A stretch of 63,705 bases of DNA, the filler included, from Bonamia ostreae (lineage: Eukaryota), in assembly GCA_040357525.1 (NCBI GenBank). It is 49 parts of 49 records of this genome, joined end to end, with 100 filler letters (N's around TTAATTAATTAA, not from the genome) between each part and the next. Parts side by side here need not be neighbours in the genome. Positions count along the whole stretch, not along the records: positions 40,466 to 41,665 come from JBDODL010002375.1; positions 41,766 to 42,965 come from JBDODL010002376.1; positions 43,066 to 44,264 come from JBDODL010002377.1; positions 44,365 to 45,563 come from JBDODL010002378.1; positions 45,664 to 46,862 come from JBDODL010002379.1; positions 46,963 to 48,160 come from JBDODL010002380.1; positions 48,261 to 49,458 come from JBDODL010002381.1; positions 49,559 to 50,755 come from JBDODL010002382.1; 41 more parts are not named here. One strand, 5' to 3'. Made by a program: the position numbers and the translations under genes. The notes beneath the pieces were generated by a model, which ran no database searches, was not told the origin of the DNA, and worked only from the letters and a program-made list of their open reading frames with translations. This document shows positions 40,480-50,855 of the stretch, piece after piece; positions within the stretch are counted from its first letter, which is position 1, and each line of letters starts with the position of its first letter.

Positions 40480-41367
40480 ATGGCCAAAACAGAAGAAAAA
40501 CAAATTGTCAAATTCCGCGACGAAACAAGTCTCCTTTGCTCCCAAATTCACCGAAAGTGCTTGGAATGTCTCTTCCAGCAATATTCCTTGTTGCCCGACA
40601 ACAAAATAGCTTTAATGCGCACTTTGCGCACTGTCTTTTTTCTGCATTCTCCGATTCACTGCGATTTGCACTGCCCCAACTCGACCACCGGCCTCCGGAA
40701 CAGCGACGTGCCGCGCTCGATAAACATCGACTGGATCAAAACCAAAAAGAGAGAGTTCCTGAAAGTGCTCGCGCGCCGACTCGAAGTCAAAATCTTGCGC
40801 AGAGCCGTCAAAAACATCTTTCTCTCTTGGTGCGTCACAAAGAAACAAGAAAAGGGGCTTTCGAGCAACATCTCTTGCAGAAAGTTCAAAGCGTTCTTCA
40901 CGTTCTCCGACATCACCAGCGTCGCCCTCCTCGCGCGCAACATGTTTTTGGCGCGCGAGAAACAAAACAGACTGGATCGGCTCAAAGGAAAACCTGTAAA
41001 AGCTTTCACGATGTCCCAGTTCTACGACTCGGCGGACCCGAATTTGATGGTGAACATGGGCCATTTGGAAGATCGGGAGAAGATTTTGATCGCGGCGGGG
41101 GCTGACGTGGACTTGACGGAAGAAGCGCACATGTTTGTGTTCGAAGACATGTTGGCGTTTTTATGAAAAAAATTAAGTGTGCTCAAATCGAAGGAAATAG
41201 TGCGCGACGTTTTTCTGCCGCAGCTTTATGACAAGGACACGAAAGTGTTTTTTGACAAATACTACAACGCGCTGGAGGGACAGCGCCACTTTAACTTCAA
41301 GATGTTCTGGTCTCCGCTAACGGACGAGCGCGTGGACGAGATCTGTACAGCCGAAAAGCAGTTTTAA
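40480..41367 (+). CDS. Uncharacterised protist protein; 21-nt intron 41157-41177
   Basis: The 228-aa ORF joins the downstream 62-aa ORF in frame after removing GTTTTTATGAAAAAAATTAAG. Confidence 0.65.
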
Positions 41368-41800
41368 ACATAATCTAAAATTTAAGACGCGACGGCGACT
41401 TCGTTTGGGGGAAAATATCGATAAAAGGACGCCGCAAATCGATGGAAGACGAGTTGACTGTTTTTCGAAACTACTCTGATATGCTCCCAGGGAATCTGAA
41501 GAGTTATAAGGTTTTTCAGCCATTCGGATTTTTGTTTTGCAAATTCGATTTTGTGAGATTTTTGCAAAACTTGTTTTGCAAAAATCTTGATATATGCAAA
41601 TATTTTTCCGCAAAATGTCGACTGTTTTAAATAGATTTCTGCGTTAAAAAATGTCGACTGTTTTANNNNNNNNNNNNNNNNNNNNNNNNNNNNNNNNNNN
41701 NNNNNNNNNTTAATTAATTAANNNNNNNNNNNNNNNNNNNNNNNNNNNNNNNNNNNNNNNNNNNNGATATTATCCCTGAAAACGCTGTTGATCTTTGTAG

Positions 41801-42490
41801 ATGAAGTTCAAAATTCTATACCATGAGGAAGACCATGTTTTGGAAACCTATTTCACTCAACAAGATTATGAAGATATGCTTGCAAATTTTCTTTCTTATG
41901 GATCTCAATTGTCCAGCTTGGAAAAAGAGCATTTTTGGATTGAAACAAAAACTATGAAAATTCATGAAGTTGTCGAAACTATAGAAACAGAATTTTATCT
42001 GATTGTTTATGATGATCATTGTCAAAAGCAATGGTATTTCTATGGTGATTCAATGAATCACAGAGATCATTTTGCTTTATGTGAATTGAGAAATGGATGT
42101 AGAATTTTTTCACTGTTTTGTGGGAATACTTTGAAACTACATGAGAATGCAAATGGGGATTTGATCAATGAACAAGGGGAACAAATTGCTCGCCCTGCTA
42201 CCCCTGAAAGTGAAATTTCATCAAATGGTTCTGATGATACATTGTTATTATTTGATGAATCAGAATCTGATTATCAGAATTCTGATTCTGGTGTCGACTC
42301 CGGGGTAGATGAGAATAACAACGATGAACCCGATTTGCATTGTCATGAGGAATATGAAGAGATTCCTGAAGCAATTCCTGCTTTTGTACCTGATTTTATT
42401 TGTGCTGTAGATCGCAATCATAATTATTTAGGAACTTGGGAAAATGAAGAATTGATAAACAGAGAAAAACAATGCTGTAGTACAGATTAA
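41801..42490 (+). CDS. Acidic orphan ORF of a CRESS DNA virus with LxCxE and DSGxxS motifs
   Basis: 229-aa intronless ORF convergent with Rep, with its own AATAAA at 42501. It lacks the Arg-rich N-terminus typical of capsids. Confidence 0.8.
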   Translation: MKFKILYHEEDHVLETYFTQQDYEDMLANFLSYGSQLSSLEKEHFWIETKTMKIHEVVETIETEFYLIVYDDHCQKQWYFYGDSMNHRDHFALCELRNGCRIFSLFCGNTLKLHENANGDLINEQGEQIARPATPESEISSNGSDDTLLLFDESESDYQNSDSGVDSGVDENNNDEPDLHCHEEYEEIPEAIPAFVPDFICAVDRNHNYLGTWENEELINREKQCCSTD

Positions 42491-42494
42491 ATGC

Positions 42495-42506
42495 TTTATT
42501 AATAAA
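42495..42506. terminator. Back-to-back bidirectional polyadenylation signals (TTTATTAATAAA palindrome)
   Basis: Fills the 16-nt gap between two convergent stop codons, with AATAAA on each strand. Confidence 0.8.
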
Positions 42507-42965
42507 CTACATGTTGTACAAGTTTTGAATCTCATAGTCTTTCATTTTTCTGAGAGTATTATTTTCAACAACGAAAATAATCCAGCGATCTAAGGAGAGT
42601 TTCTTCACTTCGGGAATAAAATTCGACAGACATAGAACTTGAACGTTTTTCATTTCAAAATGTTTAATTTGACTCTCATATTTTGAAGAAAATATGTATC
42701 CGTCCTTCAAGTGTTCCAATATAGAATAATTCACTGATTCTCTGTGTTCTCTTGGATAATCAAAGACTACGATGTCCTCACATTGGTATTTGAAAGCAAA
42801 ATCTTTCATTTGAAGGGAATCTCCTTTCAATTTGAAAGCCCCTAATTCCGCTGCCAAATAATTTGCAAGAAAAGACTTTCCCGAATTTCCTCGCTCATCC
42901 ACGATCCAAGTAATTTGTCGATCATTTTGCGTCCTGTATTTCATCATTCGCCAAACTTTCTCCTG
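42507..42965 (-). CDS. rep: CRESS DNA virus Rep, SF3 helicase domain (5'-truncated)
   Basis: Walker A GNSGKS, Walker B VVFDYPR, NYSILEHLKDG..FSSKYES, motif C LSN and Arg finger LSLDRW. The helicase is of the nanovirus/alphasatellite-like type. Confidence 0.92.
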   Translation of the reverse strand, partial: QEKVWRMMKYRTQNDRQITWIVDERGNSGKSFLANYLAAELGAFKLKGDSLQMKDFAFKYQCEDIVVFDYPREHRESVNYSILEHLKDGYIFSSKYESQIKHFEMKNVQVLCLSNFIPEVKKLSLDRWIIFVVENNTLRKMKDYEIQNLYNM

Positions 42966-43065
42966 NNNNNNNNNNNNNNNNNNNNNNNNNNNNNNNNNNN
43001 NNNNNNNNNTTAATTAATTAANNNNNNNNNNNNNNNNNNNNNNNNNNNNNNNNNNNNNNNNNNNN

Positions 43066-44264
43066 AATAAGGTGATCAGAAAAAGGCGCCTGGTTATTGT
43101 TCGTTAACTTCACCTTTCATAAAGAAGGAGATGGGGAACACCTTTACTCCGTGTTTGTAGCAGATTTGAATCAAATTATTGAACAATCTTTCAGAGTTCT
43201 TCCAAAGGAGGATTTAATTGGACCAAAGAGTTTGTCACTAAAAGGACTGCAAACGGTACACTTGTACTGCTCTTGCGAGAATTCACTCGGACACATTTCC
43301 AATACGTCCGTCTGCAAGGAAATAAAACCTGAACATTGCAATGTCATTCGGGAATCAGATGTACACACCACGTGCAAAACGAGAGCTAAGCGATCAACAA
43401 ATCGACGGTTCACCTATATCCCAACCGTGAATCCTGTCACACATTTTATTACCAGAGTATGTAGATAACATGCATTTAACTGATTTTTTTAACTGTTAAG
43501 CAGATATTCGTGGGAATCAAATATTTCAAATTCTTATACAATTTCAGAGATCTGTTGTCCATTCTGCAACAAGCGAGTATATGAACCGGTCTCAAGCAGA
43601 ACATTTTTGCAGAACATACATGGAAAAGTCAGCTGGTTTTGAAGCATGCAGTAAAGTACCTAGTATCCAACCACAAAATGCTATAGATAACTGTATTCTT
43701 GATATCCAGGTTTGCTCCATACTTTTGTACATTTATCAAACTGAGATTGTAGCACGTTATATAGGGGGAGGGGGTTAAAAATAAGCACACTTTAAATGAA
43801 TCCCTAACTTTTACGTATAATTTGAAAGCCATTGAATTGTAGAACAAATTAATTGCGTATGCCTATATCAATGAATTAAAATGGAGTGTATTTTAGATAG
43901 ATTTACCGAGGTGTCAAAGTTGGTAAAGGTTAGGGAAACACAAACTATCAGATAACCCCTGAAAATGTGCAAATTCGACAAAGGAATTTTAATCGTTCTC
44001 AGGATAGAAGAGAAAAAGAGAATTTGCGCAGTTCTTTTGGTTTAGTACAAAGTATTATACTAACTTATTTACACGCCATTGACACACTTACACGTAACAA
44101 GACAAAAGGATTATTGCGATAAAGATATACTGAATGTAGCCATGTTCCAATGATTAATAAATCTCATTTTTATAGCTGACGAATTCAACATCCTGGGCCA
44201 CATCTTCAAGAGAGGGTCTTAAATCGTTATGTTTCAAAGAATTGCAGCAAAATAATACTTTACG
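43066..44264 (+). CDS. Host VWDE-like (von Willebrand factor D/EGF) protein, three exons
   Basis: Cys-rich exons AEHFC...GFEACSKVP...AIDNCILDIQ|LTNSTSWA...KSLCFKEL. Confidence 0.6.
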
Positions 44265-44977
44265 NNNNNNNNNNNNNNNNNNNNNNNNNNNNNNNNNNNN
44301 NNNNNNNNTTAATTAATTAANNNNNNNNNNNNNNNNNNNNNNNNNNNNNNNNNNNNNNNNNNNNAAAGGAGAGAAGTTTTGTTGAATTAATAAACTCGCT
44401 TGGATTTGAAATTGATCAGACTTTGCTACAAGAACAACAGTTGGTTGAACGTGTCAAAACTATCACATTTTTGCTGAAAAATTAAATTGATTATTGGCTT
44501 TTTTCAGATTTTTATTGTTGAATAAAATTTCGAAAATTGGTCTTTTTGGCAAAATAATTTTGTTTTGTAAGACGATTTTGAAATTATTAAAATTTAAAAA
44601 TGTTAAAAACTGAAATTTTGAAATTTAATTGCAATATTTAAAATTGGAATATAACAAAAACTGAAAACGACAATTTTTTTACAATATTTACAAAAAAAAA
44701 CAAATCATTTTTGTCAGTTTTTAATTTTTGCGATTTTGAAATTTATTAATTTACGTTTTTGCGATTTTTCGAATGTTGAAATATTGACTGACCATTTTAT
44801 TCCTCAATTTTGGCTTGAAAACAACCACAAAAACAACCACATTTACGATTTTATTACAATAAATATAATCGTCTTTTATCTCAATAAAATTGTCAAAACA
44901 ACCACAAAAAAAACAACCACAAAATTTAAAAAAAATTGTCCAATTATAAAAAAATATTTGCAAAAATACGGCATTTA

Positions 44978-45470
44978 TTACAGAAAGTAATCGGGTGGTC
45001 TTTTCGTAATATTGGGCTCGCCCGGCGTCGGCGCTGGTTCGAACTTGATACTATCGTTTAATGTTGAAACAATGAATAATCCATAAACTCGTCGATTTCC
45101 ATTATAGCCGCTTGATTGCCGCAGCGGTAACAATAGTTCGGAGCGGAGAAAATCGTCACAACAGATCTTGAATGGCTCCAATTGTATCCTTGCATGACCA
45201 GTTGATGTGCTCTTGCGATTAGAGAAAAATTGTTTCTGTGGTTGAACTCGGCAGATTTGTCTGCACCGAACGTGTAACTATTTGTCAGAAAAATTTTTGT
45301 AGAAACCCTGCGCCGCGTGGGCTAATTCCCCAACCTTCTCTGTTATCTGGATCTGACCACAACAAGTCGCACATTGGACCTTCATGAGGCACTTCTTGGA
45401 TCCGATCGATTTCTTTGATTTGATCCAATGTCTCAAGTTTCGGCGATAAACCGCCATGAAGACAAAAAAT
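44978..45470 (-). CDS. PPP2C: Protein phosphatase 2A catalytic subunit, 3' part; introns 45278-45306 (29 nt) and 45051-45070 (20 nt)
   Basis: [56 protein letters not shown] and the C-terminus PDYFL. Mostly missed by the ORF track. Confidence 0.96.
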
Positions 45471-45663
45471 CTAATTTTTGATTAAAATGGCGTTTAGTGG
45501 AAAACCAATTTACAATTTTAAAAAAATTGACAATTTTGAAGATTGTGTTTTTGTTGAAAATGGNNNNNNNNNNNNNNNNNNNNNNNNNNNNNNNNNNNNN
45601 NNNNNNNTTAATTAATTAANNNNNNNNNNNNNNNNNNNNNNNNNNNNNNNNNNNNNNNNNNNN

Positions 45664-45834
45664 TTTTATTGGAGCGCCATGTTTTTTATTGAAAAAATCT
45701 TCTTTAGCATCCCCATGATATTTTCCACCGTCAATAAATGTTGCCTTGATGAAAGATACATCAGTTGCAGTAATATGAGTTCTTCTTAGAGTTAGCCATT
45801 CATTTGTTTTTTGTGTTACGTTATGTTTTTTCAT
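45664..45834 (-). CDS. YqaJ/lambda-exonuclease-like viral recombinase, N-terminus
   Basis: QKTNEWLTLRRTHITATD matches the Q.(S/T).EW...R...ITASD motif. Confidence 0.8.
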
Positions 45835-45870
45835 AGTTATTGGTTTCCGTGTATTTCTCGTTCTATGCAA

Positions 45871-46714
45871 TTAATCCAAATTAGATGGTATCTTATTTAT
45901 CTTTTTTGCTCCATTATTATCTTCATTCTCTGACATCTTTTCTGGATCCATTTCTAATGCGTTTATACCCATCGTTTGAGCAAGAGCATATCTTTTGGCA
46001 TAAGTTATCCATGATCCTTTTTGTTGGATTAATTCTTGCCCTGTAGCGATTTTTGGATCTCTCCCAAGTTTTGGTGCTGGTTCAACAATAATTCCTGACA
46101 TATAAATATAATGTTTTGCCTTGTATGTTGAGGTATACTTTTTAGATATCTTGTTAAATATATTAACTTTATAAATAACATTACAAATAGCGTCTGTTTT
46201 ATTAAATATATCAACTTCAACGGCTATATTGAAAGACATCATTCCATCTGGATTACTTCCTAGAAAGAATTTATTTTCTACAAGATTAGAGGNNNNNNNN
46301 NNAGGCCTTTGTTAAGGATGCGTGAAGGTCTTCTAGTTTATAATATTTAAATCCAGCGCCACCAGTAATCTTACCATTCTTTTCAGGATTTGAGGCATAG
46401 TTCAATATTAATTCTAAGATAAAACTAGCTTCATCAGTTCCGGTAGTGTTCTCTTCAAACTTTTTAACATTTATATTTGATATATTTATTGATTCTGCTG
46501 TATTAGAATCTATTTTTTCTGAAGAATCTGTATTTAAACTTGAAATTTCTTCTTTTATTTTCTTTAATTCATCGGAAGATTCATTTGAATTATTTTCTAT
46601 AATAGTTTTCATTCCTTGTAATGCAGATCTTATTCTTTTAAATTTTTGTTCTGTCGATAATGTTTCGAATTCGTCTTTACTTTTTGTTTCGTCTTTACTT
46701 TTAGTTTCGTCCAT
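45871..46714 (-). CDS. erf: ERF-family single-strand annealing protein (probably one gene spanning the internal 10-N gap)
   Basis: N-terminal part FKYYKLEDL and C-terminal part QQKGSWITYAKRYALAQTMGI (ERF GSxxTYxxRY). Intronless and directly upstream of YqaJ. Confidence 0.8.
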
Positions 46715-46962
46715 GTTTCATTTTCTCTCATGTTTACTAGGGTAAAAGTATATACTAATCCCTATTAGATTTCAATAAATATTATTTAAAATAAGTATTA
46801 ATTATTTTTATAGAATCAAGTGGCTTTTTTATACAAATAACTGGATTTCCATTCTGTTTCATNNNNNNNNNNNNNNNNNNNNNNNNNNNNNNNNNNNNNN
46901 NNNNNNTTAATTAATTAANNNNNNNNNNNNNNNNNNNNNNNNNNNNNNNNNNNNNNNNNNNN

Positions 46963-48160
46963 ACAGTGCCATTCACAGACTGTATCTCCAATTCATCAGC
47001 CAAAACGCCGTTTCGTCCAAATGGGGTCCCATCGGGATCACGTTTGGACTGTTTCTGGTTTTTGTCTTCCCTTGGTCCTACCAAAAGAACATCTCTTCTT
47101 TGTCGTGGCTGTCCATGGCCAGTGTGGTTACTTTCGGCGTCATCGCTGTCTTTGTCACAGTCGCTGGAATTAGAACGCCCAATTATGTTTTTTCACGCGA
47201 TTAAAAGCCGAGCAATTTCCGTCCTTTGAGTGGAATCGGGTTTCTGCAAGCGTTCGGAGCGCTTCTCTTTTCGTTCGTTTGCACGGACAGCATTTTCCCG
47301 ATTTATTGCGACTTGAAAGATCCTACGCCGGCGCGTTGGGACAAAGTTGTGCATATCACTCTCTTTTCGCTTGGAGTTCTTTATGCGGTGTTTTCGATTA
47401 TTTGTTATTTTCTGGTGCCATATTTGGTTTTGACATTTTTTCTTATCATTTTTTCTTGTAATTTTTGTCTTGATTTTCTTATCATTTTATATTTTCTTGT
47501 AATTTTTTTCGTTTCTATTCTTATCATTTTTTCTTGTAATTTTTGTCTTGATTTTCTTATCATTTTTTATTTTCTTGTAATTTTTTGTCGTTTCTATTCT
47601 TAACATTTTTTCTTGTAATTTTTGTCTTGATTTTCTTATCATTTTTTATTTTCTTGTAATTTTTTGTCGTTTCTATTCTTAACATTTTTTCTTGTAATTT
47701 TTGTCTTGATTTTCTTATTATTTTTTCTTGTTATTTCTTTTCTTATTTTTTATAATTTATTTTGTCATTTTATTCTTATAATTTTTGGAATTTTTTGTCT
47801 TTGTAACATTTTTACAAATAAAAAGGATGATTATGTCTTAAACTCCATAAGCATCATTGATTTGCCTGAAATCAATATTGCGAAGTTGCTTTTAGTTATA
47901 ACTTTGCTATTGACTCATTTATCCAATGTTCATGTTTCACGTGCTTATGTTTACGCAATAATCGAAAAAGCAATAGTACCTATTTCCAAGATCTCAAAAA
48001 CGAAATTTCGAATTTTGCACGTGGCTGTTACAACAATGTTTTTAAAATGTTCTAAATATTATTTTTTATTGTCAAAATTAAATTTCTTAATTTTATAGCA
48101 CAATTATTGTTACTGTTATTCTTGGAATTATTTTGAATGATCTTCTTTTCATCATTAATC
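46963..48160 (+). CDS. SLC38/AAAP amino-acid transporter fragment; introns 47187-47207 (21 nt), about 47427-47825 and about 48038-48098
   Basis: KNISSLSWLSMASV, FGALLFSFVC..SIFPIY..LKDPT..RW and VLNS...NIAKLLL. Confidence 0.85.
47440..47720. repeat. 78-79-bp T-rich tandem repeat within the transporter intron
   Basis: GTCTTGATTTT occurs at 47467, 47545, 47624 and 47703. Confidence 0.9.
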
Positions 48161-48630
48161 NNNNNNNNNNNNNNNNNNNNNNNNNNNNNNNNNNNNNNNN
48201 NNNNTTAATTAATTAANNNNNNNNNNNNNNNNNNNNNNNNNNNNNNNNNNNNNNNNNNNNATGTTTTAACGAGTTTGAATTTTAATTTAAGTATCTTGAA
48301 TGTACATTTGAAAGATATGTATAAACTTTGAAATATTGTAAGTACTTAGCAATAAATTGAAGTCTCCGACATATAATATCAATATGAAAAGTAAAAGAGT
48401 TAGGATTGAATTTTATAAAAGATTTAGGATGTAAAATCAAACACTATTCAAAAGGAATTATAAAGATAGAGTAAAGATTTATAAAATTAGTATTCAAACT
48501 TTTAAAAGATACAAACTGATTTTAGAAATCACAGAGAAGGCAACTACTTTCATAAGGAAAAGATAAAACGGATATTGAAAAATAAACAGACTAAACGGGA
48601 TCAAAGTAATAATGTTATTTCCATGTTAAT

Positions 48631-49085
48631 TTAATCCAAGGCCAACTTCTCAATTAAATTTGAATAGATCTTGATACCCTCATAAAATTGCTTAACGTTC
48701 AGATATTCATCATTATCGTTCAATCAAATTGTTCTTTCTATGACCGGCGTAAACCCAACCGCCGAAATTCCTATCTTTCTCAAAAATCGAGAATCTGTTG
48801 CACCCGGAAACACGCATTTTTCGAATTTTTTAAATTCATTTTTCCAAGAACTGTGGACAAAGCTTCGAAAGGCTCAGAATTGTCAGCCGTTGGATTCGAC
48901 AAAGAAGTTTTTTGATTATATTTTATTAGCATTCTTTCTTCAGAGTCAACCGATTCTTTGATCCATGACTTGATTCTCTTTAAAAATCGTTCTCTGCCTT
49001 CTTTTGGATTTATCCGGGCATCAATTGTTAAAGAGGCCAAGGCTGGATAACGCATGGCGGCGTTTTCTATGTTTAAAACTGCCAA
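48631..49085 (-). pseudogene. ACY1: Disrupted aminoacylase-1 (M20 peptidase) C-terminus
   Basis: VFPGATDSRFLRKIGISAVGFTP...DNDEYLNVKQFYEGIKIY. Frameshift at the homopolymer 48826-48831 and an in-frame TGA at 48724-48726. Confidence 0.75.
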
Positions 49086-49762
49086 AACGTCAAAATTGGT
49101 TCCCTTATTGTTGTTCTTTAGCCGAGTTATTTTATAGTTTTTGTCGTTGTTACCGATTAATTGTTGTAATCTGACACCCTATCAGCCAATTTGATTACTT
49201 TATGTAAAGTGGTGTTGTTTCTTTGAATGCTATTTGCAGTTTTTCCGTTTTTGAATATTATAAAAAAAGAAAGAAAAAAGACAAAATAAAGGAATCATTA
49301 AAAACTGCCATTTTTCGCGATAACAATTCGCAAAGAATTAATGGCCAATATAGATTTACGCGCTGAATTTTAAATTTGAGATTTTTTGTTATTGACAAAT
49401 AACAAATCTAATTATAATTGTAAAAAGATGTCCAAAAATTTTTATTATTACAAAAATTNNNNNNNNNNNNNNNNNNNNNNNNNNNNNNNNNNNNNNNNNN
49501 NNTTAATTAATTAANNNNNNNNNNNNNNNNNNNNNNNNNNNNNNNNNNNNNNNNNNNNATAAAAAAGTCAAAAAATAACAGAAACCAGTATAAAATATAT
49601 ATTTTCCATTATCAACAATTTTCACATAAAACCATACTCATCTGCATTAAAATCAACATACAACAAAATACATTAAAAAAAAAAATAATTCATATAAAAA
49701 TAAAAACATAAATAAAAAAACACAAATTGAAACTAATAAAAATTTAATTAAACTTAAAAAAC

Positions 49763-50720
49763 GAAATAATTTCTCTGGTAATCGAGTGTTGTGACATGTA
49801 GCTATCAAAGATTTTAGGCGGAGCTAGCGCTAAACAATGCACTTTATCTTTTGGAAACGGCTTCGTAGTTCGTAAAAAGAAGCTCCTTTTATTTTGAATT
49901 ATTTAGTGATTGTTGTTACCTCAAAAAAATTGCGAGGATAGAAGCTACTCCGGCGCCTTCAATAAAATTTTTAAAATGGCAGTTAAGTTTATTAACGTTC
50001 AAAACGACCAAAAATAAAATCAAAATTAACGCAATTGCAAAAAATCTAATCACTTCAATAAAATCACTCAAAAACCAAGAGAATGGCCAATAGTAACAAT
50101 TTTGTTACTCTCCATTTCTCTAACAACGGTCTCGGAATTGGTCAATCTCCCCAAAATCCAATTACCCGCTCTTAAAATGCCTTTGTGAGCATAATGGATT
50201 CCGCTGTAACCTAAAGCTAGTCCTGGATCAATAACCTCTTTATTCACATTAAGGTCGGTCAGAAAATCTCGCAATGAAGTGGTTCCTTGAATGGCGACTA
50301 TAACAGTTTTGTTTGCTCTATCGAGCACAACGGCAAAATTACAAGATTCTAAATTTGAGTTGAATGAGTACAATAACAAATCGTCTTTATCGATCCCCGA
50401 TATGCTTTTCCAAATTTAGTTAAATCTCAAAACCAATTTTTGAGAATTTTTAATTTTGACAAAAAATGATCGTTTTTTAAATGATCAGACTTTATTTTAA
50501 AAACTCTAAAAATATTTTAATGGAAGCATAGTTGTGTGAAGATGAATCTATAACATCTTCCTTAATTTTTGGTGGGATGCAGGGACAAACAAATGGGACT
50601 GTTTTTGAGGTATCAAGTAGAATGGCAAATATCCCGTAAACTGCAATGGCGTATTTAATGTAAAGATTTAACAATTTCATCCGTTTTTTCAAATCGTTTG
50701 AACACTCACACTTAATTATT
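49763..50720 (-). CDS. Class 3 (DAG-lipase-like) lipase, multi-exon fragment
   Basis: IVAIQGTTSLRDFLTDL, AHKGIL, TIGHSLG|AGVASIL and CLALAPP. Confidence 0.88.
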
Positions 50721-50855
50721 TTTGTACAAAATTTTTTTGTTTTTAATCAGCAAACNNNNNNNNNNNNNNNNNNNNNNNNNNNNNNNNNNNNNNNNNNNNT
50801 TAATTAATTAANNNNNNNNNNNNNNNNNNNNNNNNNNNNNNNNNNNNNNNNNNNN

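Noticed and set aside
45484-45492. Recurrent GCCATTTT (YY1-like) motif in longer introns (also 28637, 49973)
   Set aside because: There are few instances, the distance to the acceptor varies, and the motif also occurs in coding and host DNA.
47226-48098. Hydrophobic F/L/I-rich membrane ORFs
   Set aside because: They are largely translations of the T-rich intronic minisatellite.
48724-48726. TGA reassignment or readthrough in the protist
   Set aside because: It is a single case in a gene that is also frameshifted. Conserved Trp codons elsewhere are TGG, and other in-frame stops are explained by introns.
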